A DNA stretch of 64,000 nucleotides, taken from assembly GCA_029976005.1 (NCBI GenBank), contig JARKOQ010000172.1, forward strand, positions 2,254-66,253. Reading direction: 5' to 3'. A program made the position numbers and the translations under genes. The notes under the pieces are model-generated. The model saw only the letters and a list, made by a program, of their open reading frames with translations, did no database searches and was not told the origin of the DNA. The stretch comes from Aggregatilineales bacterium (lineage in GTDB: Bacteria; Chloroflexota; Anaerolineae; Aggregatilineales; Ch27). Positions 57,002 to 64,000 of the stretch are shown one piece after another (position 1 is the stretch's first letter; every line of letters starts with the position of its first letter).

Positions 57002-57723
57002 TTCTTGGCCTCCCGCATCTTCGCCAGATGTGGCAGAAAGTCATGCCGCTTGGCCATCTCGCCGACGGCGCGGCCTTTTTCGACAATCGCACCCACCGGG
57101 CAGACGCGGACGCATTTGCCGCAGCTTGTGCAGGTATCGGATTCGCCCCACGGCGTGTCCAGGTCGGTGATGACGCGCGCGTCCACCCCGCGCCCCTTGA
57201 TGTCCCACGTATGCGCCCACTCGATTTCGTCGCACACCCGCACGCAGCGCGCGCACAGGATGCAGCGGTTGCGGTCCACCACGAACCGTTCGTGGGTCAT
57301 GTCCACCAGGCGTTCCTGCTGGAGGTTGGCGAAGCGGACGTGATCCATGCCCAGCCGTTGGGCCAGGGCCTGCAATTCGCATTTCCCGTTGGAAACGCAG
57401 ATCGCGCAGATGTGATTGCCCTCGGAGAACAGCAGCTCCAGGATCATGCGGCGGTAGTTACGCAGGCGCTCGGAATCCGTGAAAACTTCCATGCCCTCGG
57501 TCGCATAGGTCAGGCAGGCGGGAACGAGCTTGTTCATGCCGGCGACTTCGACCAGGCACAGGCGGCAGGCCCCAACCAGGCTGAGGCCCTCGATCCGGCA
57601 CAGGGTCGGGATGAAGATGCCGTTTTCCTCGGCCAGCTCGAGGATGGTCTCGTCTTCACGGGCGCTGACGTCACGCCCGTCGATTTTGAGCGTTCTAATT
57701 CTGGATCGGACAGCGGTTGCCAT
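56998..57723 (-). CDS. hoxU: Diaphorase Fe-S subunit
   Basis: IPTLC...GACRLC, HICAIC...C, CILCARC.RVC, CTSCGKC..VCP. Confidence 0.93.
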   Translation of the reverse strand: MATAVRSRIRTLKIDGRDVSAREDETILELAEENGIFIPTLCRIEGLSLVGACRLCLVEVAGMNKLVPACLTYATEGMEVFTDSERLRNYRRMILELLFSEGNHICAICVSNGKCELQALAQRLGMDHVRFANLQQERLVDMTHERFVVDRNRCILCARCVRVCDEIEWAHTWDIKGRGVDARVITDLDTPWGESDTCTSCGKCVRVCPVGAIVEKGRAVGEMAKRHDFLPHLAKMREAKK

Positions 57724-57734
57724 GTCTCACCTCT

Positions 57735-59378
57735 CTACGATGCATGACCGTCGGGCGCGGTCTTGCCATTGGGGCTGGTGGTATCAACCAGCTTCGCCAG
57801 GTATTCTTCGCGGAAATAGCGCAGGGTGCTGAGCACGGGATTGGGCGCGGACTGGCCCAGCCCGCACAGGCTGGTGGAGCGGACCAGGTCGCAGAGCTGC
57901 TCCAGCAGTTCGAGATCGCGGATGGTGCCATTTCCCTTGGCGATCTTGGTGAGCAGGTTGTACATCTGCGCGGTGCCGACGCGGCAGGGGATGCATTTGC
58001 CGCATGACTCGGACATGCAGAACTCCATGAAATACCTGGCGACGTCGACCATCGAGGAGGTGTGATCCATGACGATCATGCCGCCGGAACCCATGATCGA
58101 GCCGAGCTTGGCCAGCGAGGCATAATCGACCGGGGTGTCGAGATGCTTTTCGGGGATGCAGCCGCCGGAAGGCCCGCCCGTCTGCACGGCCTTGAAGCCG
58201 GCTTCGGTCGTCGTGCCGCCGCCAATCTCTTCCACGATTTCCCGCAGGGTCGTGCCCATCGGGACTTCGATCAGACCGGTGTTCTTGATCTGACCGGCCA
58301 GGGCAAACACCTTGGTGCCCTTGCTGCTCTCGGTGCCGATGCCAGCAAACCACGCGCCGCCATTGCGGATGATGGGAGCGACGTTGGCATAGGTTTCGAC
58401 GTTATTGATCAGGGTCGGCTCACCCCACAGACCGTGATCCGAGGGGTAGGGTGGGCGGGGACGCGGGGAGCCGCGCCGGCCTTCGATGGAGGCCATGAGC
58501 GCGGTTTCCTCGCCGCAGACGAACGCGCCCGCGCCCAGCCGGATTTCCACATCGAAGTTGAAACCCGTACCGAAGATGCTCTCACCCAGCAGGTGAAGGC
58601 GCTTGGCCTGGCGGATGGCCTGCTTGAGGCGCTCGATCGCCAGAGGATACTCGGCGCGGCAGTAGACGTAGCCCATGTTGGCGCCGATGGCGTACCCGGC
58701 GATCGCCATGCCTTCCAGAACGCGGTGCGGGTCGCTTTCCAGGACGCTGCGATCCATGAACGCGCCGGGGTCGCCCTCGTCGGCGTTGCAGACGACGTAC
58801 TTGCGATCGCTGATGGCCTTGGCGACCGTCGACCACTTGAGGCCGGTGGGATACCCGCCGCCGCCGCGGCCGCGCAGCCCGCTGGCCACGATCTCGTCGA
58901 TAACCTGGGCGGGGGACATCTCGGTCAAAGCCTGGCCGAGGGCTTCATACCCATCGGCGGTAATGTATTCCTCGATGTTCTCCGGATCGATGACGCCGGA
59001 GTTTTCCAGCACGACCCTGACCTGGCGGGTGAAGAACGGCTGCTGGTTGTCGCAGCGCAGGCGCTCCACCGGTTTCTTGTCCAGACCGGCCACGATCTCG
59101 GCGGCATCGGCCGGGGAGACCTTTTCGTACAGGATGTTGCCCGGTTCCACGGAGACCAGCGGGCCCTGGGCGCAGAGGCCCATGCAGCCAACGCCCTTGA
59201 CTTTGACCGTATCTTCCAGGCCCTGTTCTTTCACGGCCGCTTCCAGCGCGAGCTTGATCTGATCCTTGTGCTGGGAGAGGCAGCCAGCCGCCATGCAAAC
59301 CCGAATCTGGTATTCGAATTTGCTCTGCTTTTCCTTTTCGGCGGATGCGATCTTGGCGAGTTCTTCCTGTGGGATCAT
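57735..59378 (-). CDS. hoxF: Diaphorase flavoprotein subunit (NuoF-like)
   Basis: [51 protein letters not shown]. Confidence 0.94.
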   Translation of the reverse strand: MIPQEELAKIASAEKEKQSKFEYQIRVCMAAGCLSQHKDQIKLALEAAVKEQGLEDTVKVKGVGCMGLCAQGPLVSVEPGNILYEKVSPADAAEIVAGLDKKPVERLRCDNQQPFFTRQVRVVLENSGVIDPENIEEYITADGYEALGQALTEMSPAQVIDEIVASGLRGRGGGGYPTGLKWSTVAKAISDRKYVVCNADEGDPGAFMDRSVLESDPHRVLEGMAIAGYAIGANMGYVYCRAEYPLAIERLKQAIRQAKRLHLLGESIFGTGFNFDVEIRLGAGAFVCGEETALMASIEGRRGSPRPRPPYPSDHGLWGEPTLINNVETYANVAPIIRNGGAWFAGIGTESSKGTKVFALAGQIKNTGLIEVPMGTTLREIVEEIGGGTTTEAGFKAVQTGGPSGGCIPEKHLDTPVDYASLAKLGSIMGSGGMIVMDHTSSMVDVARYFMEFCMSESCGKCIPCRVGTAQMYNLLTKIAKGNGTIRDLELLEQLCDLVRSTSLCGLGQSAPNPVLSTLRYFREEYLAKLVDTTSPNGKTAPDGHAS

Positions 59379-59869
59379 GACTTTAACACCTCTTCGAGCT
59401 TGCTGAGCGTGCTTTCAATCGTCTGGTTGCCACTCACCTCGCTGTCGATGACGACGGCCGGCGCAAGGCCGCACGCCCCGACACAGCGCACCGTCAGCAG
59501 GGAAAGCGAGGAGTCCGCAGTCGTGCCGCCGGCCTTGATGCCGTACTTTTCCTCAATCTTTTCGAGCAGGGCGCCGCTCCCCTTGATGTAGCAGGCGGTG
59601 CCGGTGCAGACGGAGCAGACATGCTTGCCCTTGGGCTTGAGGTTGAAGAAGTGGTAGAACGTCGCAACCCCGTAGACCTGGCTGGGTGAGACTCCCAGGG
59701 CTTCGGAAACATAGGTCAGGGCTTTGTCATCCAGATAGCCGAACGATTCCTGGATCGTATGCAGCGTCTCAATCAGGGCATCCGGACGGAAGCCATTGCG
59801 GCGCATGGTGGCATTGACCAGTTTCCACCGTTTGTCATCCGAAGGTACCGCTACAGTGGCATTACTCAT
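59375..59869 (-). CDS. hoxE: Diaphorase [2Fe-2S] subunit (NuoE-like)
   Basis: [26 protein letters not shown]. Confidence 0.93.
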   Translation of the reverse strand: MSNATVAVPSDDKRWKLVNATMRRNGFRPDALIETLHTIQESFGYLDDKALTYVSEALGVSPSQVYGVATFYHFFNLKPKGKHVCSVCTGTACYIKGSGALLEKIEEKYGIKAGGTTADSSLSLLTVRCVGACGLAPAVVIDSEVSGNQTIESTLSKLEEVLKS

Positions 59870-60017
59870 TGGGTCTGTCCTTTCGATTTGAAGCCAGTTG
59901 CACCTGGAAAACGGGCGCGCCGGCGCTCACGACTTCCCAAAACACGGCAGATTTGGATACCCGGCTTCATGCTAGCAGCACTTGCCGCACCATACAGCCG
60001 AAAAACCTCACTTCAAA

Positions 60018-60035
60018 TTGTGAAAATAATCACAA
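60018..60035. promoter_or_regulatory. Rex operator upstream of hoxE
   Basis: TTGTGAAAATAATCACAA, one mismatch from the Rex consensus TTGTGAA-N4-TTCACAA. Confidence 0.78.
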
Positions 60036-60203
60036 ATAAAAAGAAGTGAACCCAAAGGTTATCGACCGGCAGGGGATGGTTCGGAATGTTTTCCCCAGAA
60101 ATCATAGCACGTTGACTTCTCCAGTCAGACAGTCGTTTGTCACTGCTTTTCTGTGAGTTCGGTGAGGTTTGTCACTTTGTTTCCGGAAGTGAATATAGTA
60201 TCT

Positions 60204-60234
60204 ATAGAATATGAACAGGAGGTTCATATTCTAT
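60204..60234. promoter_or_regulatory. Perfect 13-bp inverted repeat, likely TetR operator, enclosing the RBS
   Basis: ATAGAATATGAAC-AGGAG-GTTCATATTCTAT, running into the tetR ATG. Confidence 0.7.
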
Positions 60235-60952
60235 GGGACTGTCGAGCTGGACGGATTTCTACGCAAGGATTCTGGAGCTGGAGCAGCGCGGGCTGGTGAC
60301 CCGCACGTTCCGGCGTCTCGACCCGGAACGGCAGGAGCTGATCTTGCAGGCCATCCTGGACGAGGCCGTCGACAAGGGCCTCGTCACTCTCAGCATCAAG
60401 GATGTGGCCGCGCGGGCCGGCGTGGCGGTGGGGTCGCTCTACCAGTACTTTGGCAACCGGGATGGTCTGGTGGACTTCGCAATCGAACTGTGCGTGGCTT
60501 TCACCGCGGGCGTGTTCGACGAGTATCGGGATTATCTCGTCCACCTGCCGCTGCGCGAAGGGCTGGCGGCCTATCTGATTGGCGGGGTGGAGTGGGGGCA
60601 GACGGAGATCAGCCTGGTACGCCTGTTCGCGCGGGCAGCCTATCAGGGCGATCCGGCCTTCCAGGAGCGGCTGGTTCAGCCGGTGGCCCTGGTCATGCGG
60701 CACATGGTGAGCGACATCCTGGCGGCGGCCCAGGCCCGGGGCGAGCTCCGGCCGGACGTCGATCTGGAGGCGCTGACCAGGGTGATCCACGCTCTGATGA
60801 TCGCCGTGGGGGATGCCCAACTGCTGCCTTATCTCAACACGTACTTCCAGGTGGTGGACGCCGAGATGCCGCCGGAGCGCCTGTTGGAGGGCTTGCTCGA
60901 CCTTGTCTTGCACGGCATCGCGTCCGGCGGCGACCGGCAGGAGGGGGCATGA
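60233..60952 (+). CDS. TetR/AcrR family regulator
   Basis: HTH 'SIKDVAARAGVAVGSLYQYFGNRDGL'. Confidence 0.9.
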   Translation: MGLSSWTDFYARILELEQRGLVTRTFRRLDPERQELILQAILDEAVDKGLVTLSIKDVAARAGVAVGSLYQYFGNRDGLVDFAIELCVAFTAGVFDEYRDYLVHLPLREGLAAYLIGGVEWGQTEISLVRLFARAAYQGDPAFQERLVQPVALVMRHMVSDILAAAQARGELRPDVDLEALTRVIHALMIAVGDAQLLPYLNTYFQVVDAEMPPERLLEGLLDLVLHGIASGGDRQEGA

Positions 60953-62103
60953 TGACCATGCTGCGAATCGCCCGCAAGGCGCTGCTCGAATACGTGCGCG
61001 AGCCGCTGCTGCTGGGGCTGGCCTTCGTCTTTCCGGTGCTGCTCGTGCTGCTCTACTACGTGGCGTTTGGCGAATCGGATACGGGGCTGGCCCGCTACAT
61101 GAAGCTCATGGTCTGGAACGCCGATCGGGGTACGTTCGGCGACCGGCTGATCGAGGCCCTCGCAAGCGAGCAGTTCGAGGGTTCGCCCGTACTCGAATTG
61201 ACCCTGGTGCAGGACCCCGCGCTGGCCGTGGTTCCCCTGCGCGAACATAAGGTGGCGGCGCTGCTCCAGATTCCCCCGGAATTCAGCGCGACGATCGAGG
61301 CGGCTGCGCGTGGGGAAGCGGTTCCCCCAACCATTGTTTCCCTGGCCGGCGACCCGTACCAGGACAACTACGTGTTTGTTCAGACCTACGTCGACGGCGC
61401 GGTGAGCGCGCTCGTTCGCCAGGCGACCGGGCAGCCGGAAACCGTGCACGCGAGCTACGAATTCACGACCGGCACCGGGACGATGTCCGACTTCGACTTC
61501 GGCGTTGGTGGGATTCTGGTCTTTGGCGTGATGTTCACCGTAATCACGACCGCGCACATCCTGGTCAAGGAACGGGTCAGCGGGACGCTGCGCCGGTTGC
61601 GCGTGACCCGGATGCGGGCGGTGGACCTGCTGGGCGGCGTGACGCTGGCCCAGATGGCGCTGGCCCTCGTCCTGGTTCCGTTCACGCTGGGGATCGCCGT
61701 AGCCTGTGGCTTTCGCAGCAATGGCTCTCTGCTGCTGGCGATCGGGGTCGGCTGGCTGCTGACCCTGGGGGCGGTGGGGCTGGGGCTGATCACAGCCTGC
61801 TTCGCCCGCAGCGATGGCGAAGCGGCCAACCTTGGCGCGAGCCTGATGGTCCCGGTGGTGCTGATGTCCGGCGCACTGTATCCCATGCCGGCGGCCCCGC
61901 TGTTTTCCCTTGGCGACCGGGTGATCGAGCTGTACGACTTCGTACCGGCGGCCCCCGCCGCCGAAGCGCTGCGCCGCATCCTGGTCGGCGGGGATGGCCT
62001 TGACGCGGTGGGCTATGAGCTGTTCATGATCGCGCTGAGTTCGGTCTTGCTGTTTGCTCTGGGCGTGGTGTTGTACCGGCGGCTGCAACTGCGCCGGTCG
62101 TGA
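60949..62103 (+). CDS. ABC-2 type exporter permease
   Basis: N-terminal TM, extracellular loop, 'KERVSGTLRRLRVT', C-terminal TMs; start ATG 60949. Confidence 0.88.
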   Translation: MMTMLRIARKALLEYVREPLLLGLAFVFPVLLVLLYYVAFGESDTGLARYMKLMVWNADRGTFGDRLIEALASEQFEGSPVLELTLVQDPALAVVPLREHKVAALLQIPPEFSATIEAAARGEAVPPTIVSLAGDPYQDNYVFVQTYVDGAVSALVRQATGQPETVHASYEFTTGTGTMSDFDFGVGGILVFGVMFTVITTAHILVKERVSGTLRRLRVTRMRAVDLLGGVTLAQMALALVLVPFTLGIAVACGFRSNGSLLLAIGVGWLLTLGAVGLGLITACFARSDGEAANLGASLMVPVVLMSGALYPMPAAPLFSLGDRVIELYDFVPAAPAAEALRRILVGGDGLDAVGYELFMIALSSVLLFALGVVLYRRLQLRRS

Positions 62104-62114
62104 CGGAGGGTGGG

Positions 62115-63068
62115 ATGAGTACGGTCGTGCTTCGGACGGAAGGATTGACCAGACGCTACGGGGACCTGATCGCGGTCAACGATCTCTCCCTGGAGATTCG
62201 CGAGGGCGAGGTCTTTGGGTTTCTCGGCCCCAATGGGGCGGGCAAGACCACCTCGATCAACATGATGTGCGGCCTCCTGAAGCCGGATGCCGGGCGCGTC
62301 CTGATCCACGACAAGCCGGTGGAGAATGGCGCGACCGAAGTGCGGGCCAGAGTGGGGGTGTGTCCGCAGGAGATCGTGCTGTGGGAGCGACTGACCTGCC
62401 AGGAACAACTGGAGTTCATCGGCCAGATGTACGGGGTGCCGGGCCGGATCGCGCGCCAGCGGGCCGAACGGCTGCTGGATGACCTCGACCTGAGCGAGAA
62501 ACGGCACAAGCAGGCCCGGACACTCTCCGGGGGGATGCAGCGCCGCCTGAATCTGGCGATGGCTCTGGTTCACGAGCCGGAGATCGTGGTGCTGGACGAG
62601 CCGGAGGCCGGACTCGATCCGCAGAGCCGGGTCAAGGTGCGCGAATACATCCAGCGCCTGGCCCGGAGCAAGACGGTGATCCTGACCACACACAACATGG
62701 ACGAGGCCGAACGGCTGGCCGACCGCGTGGCGATTATCGACCACGGCCAGCTTCTGGTGGTGGATACGCCGGACGCCTTGAAGCAGCGCGTGGGCGAGGG
62801 GGACGTGATCGAAATCGGTCTGGCGGGGCAGCCTGACGATGCCGTGATCCAGCAGGCCCGGACGGCCTTGCAGGCGGTCGCCGAGGGGGTGGTCTACAGC
62901 CAGGGTCAGGATGTGCTGGTAGTGCGTGCGCTCAACGGGGTCGGCCATCTGCCGGTTGTGCTCAATGCCCTGGAGGCGGCGGGCCTGCAAGCCGGCGACG
63001 TCCGGCTGCGCGAGAACACGCTGGAAGATGTCTTCATCGAACTGACGGGCCGGAGGCTGCGTGAATGA
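62115..63068 (+). CDS. ABC exporter ATP-binding protein (DrrA-like)
   Basis: GPNGAGKTT, LSGGMQRR, LDEP.AGLDP, TTH.MDEAE, TLEDVF..LTG. Confidence 0.93.
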   Translation: MSTVVLRTEGLTRRYGDLIAVNDLSLEIREGEVFGFLGPNGAGKTTSINMMCGLLKPDAGRVLIHDKPVENGATEVRARVGVCPQEIVLWERLTCQEQLEFIGQMYGVPGRIARQRAERLLDDLDLSEKRHKQARTLSGGMQRRLNLAMALVHEPEIVVLDEPEAGLDPQSRVKVREYIQRLARSKTVILTTHNMDEAERLADRVAIIDHGQLLVVDTPDALKQRVGEGDVIEIGLAGQPDDAVIQQARTALQAVAEGVVYSQGQDVLVVRALNGVGHLPVVLNALEAAGLQAGDVRLRENTLEDVFIELTGRRLRE

Positions 63069-64000
63069 AAACCTTGCTGGTTGCCCGCAAGTCATTGCGC
63101 GAAATTTCGCGCGAGCCGCAGCTCTTGCTGCTGACCATTCTCCTGCCCGTGGCCTTTGTCGGGATCACGTACCTGGGGTATCGGGGCGACCTGGTGGCGA
63201 CCTATCCGGTCGCGGTGATCGTGGCCGATCCGGGCCAGAGGGCCCTCGTGGACAATCTGGCGGCCCAGCGGCACGGCAACGGCCAGCCGGTGTTCGACAT
63301 CCGGGTGATGGAGGATCGCGCCGGGGCCGAGGCCGGCCTGTTGGATCGCAGCCTGGCCGCCCTGCTGGTGATCGACAGCGAGGCCGGGACTCCGGCGGTC
63401 ACGATCAAGGGAGACGCGCTCTACGCCAGATACTACCGGGCCAGCGTCCTCCTGGAGAACGCCATCACGGCTTTCACGGACCGGGCGGCCGGGTTGCCCG
63501 AAGTTGTGCGGATCGAGGAGGCCCCGCTGTATTCGATCGGACCGCGGACCGAGTTCGACCTCTACGCGCCGGGCATGATCGTGTTCGCGATGCTGATGAT
63601 CGTCCCCCAGACGGCGATGCTGGTTGCCCGCGAATTGCGCTGGCGGACGCTGCGGCGGCTGCGCCTGTCCCGCCTGAGCACGTTCGAACTGCTGGCAGGC
63701 CTGAGTCTGGCGCAGATGGTGGTGGGCGTGGTTCAGGTCGGCGCGGTTTTCGTCGCGGCGCTGGCGCTGGGGTTCCCCAACCAGGGATCGTTGCCGCTGG
63801 CGATCGGGGTCGGATTGGCGATTGCGCTCTCGGCGATCGGGCAGGGCCTGATCGTGGCTTGCTTCGCCGAAAATGACAGCCAGGCGGCGAACGTTGGCTC
63901 GACGGCCGCGATGATCCAGGTCTTTTTGTCTGGGGCGTTCTACGCCCTGCCGTCGCCGACGATCCTCAGCCTGGGAGCGTATCAGCTTGGCGTGTTTGAC
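63065..64000 (+). CDS. Second ABC-2 permease, 3'-truncated
   Basis: ATG 63065: MKTLLVARKSLREISREPQLLLLTILLP..., 'RELRWRTLRRLRLS'; resembles the 60949 permease; not in the ORF track because it runs off the window. Confidence 0.8.
   Translation, partial: MKTLLVARKSLREISREPQLLLLTILLPVAFVGITYLGYRGDLVATYPVAVIVADPGQRALVDNLAAQRHGNGQPVFDIRVMEDRAGAEAGLLDRSLAALLVIDSEAGTPAVTIKGDALYARYYRASVLLENAITAFTDRAAGLPEVVRIEEAPLYSIGPRTEFDLYAPGMIVFAMLMIVPQTAMLVARELRWRTLRRLRLSRLSTFELLAGLSLAQMVVGVVQVGAVFVAALALGFPNQGSLPLAIGVGLAIALSAIGQGLIVACFAENDSQAANVGSTAAMIQVFLSGAFYALPSPTILSLGAYQLGVFD

Noticed and set aside
56998-59869. Complex I nuoEFG genes
   Set aside because: Directly linked to hoxY/hoxH/hoxW, and the NuoG-like subunit is short, so this is the Hox diaphorase
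60213-60225. LexA box GAAC...GTTC before tetR
   Set aside because: Spacer is 5 nt rather than 4, and it is part of a longer palindrome better explained as a TetR operator

Overview
High-GC bacterial chromosomal segment. Gene content and style suggest Chloroflexota, probably Anaerolineae (inference). No rRNA, tRNA, CRISPR array or transposase was seen. In order: rsmI and an MFS transporter; a 3458-aa secreted protein with ~25 DUF11-like Ig repeats whose C-terminus carries both an LPATG sorting signal and a fused, catalytically intact sortase domain; a GT4 glycosyltransferase and a PduO-type adenosyltransferase; a complete shikimate/chorismate operon (aroH-aroF-tyrA-aroA-aroE-aroC-aroK-aroB-aroQ) preceded by a near-consensus sigma70 promoter, a Tyr/Phe/Trp-rich leader peptide and overlapping terminator/antiterminator hairpins; a membrane Ser/Thr kinase, M20 peptidase, transketolase and hypothetical genes; a DnaB-C-terminal-like ATPase divergent from an archaeal-type mre11-rad50-nurA-(HAS-barrel)-herA operon; amtB-glnK-gltB; a hoxEFUYHW bidirectional [NiFe] hydrogenase with a Rex box; and a TetR-regulated ABC-2 exporter. 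Best novelty candidates are the self-sorting substrate-sortase fusion with covarying isopeptide residues and the three-aromatic-amino-acid attenuator. All family calls come from visual motif recognition, not database searches.
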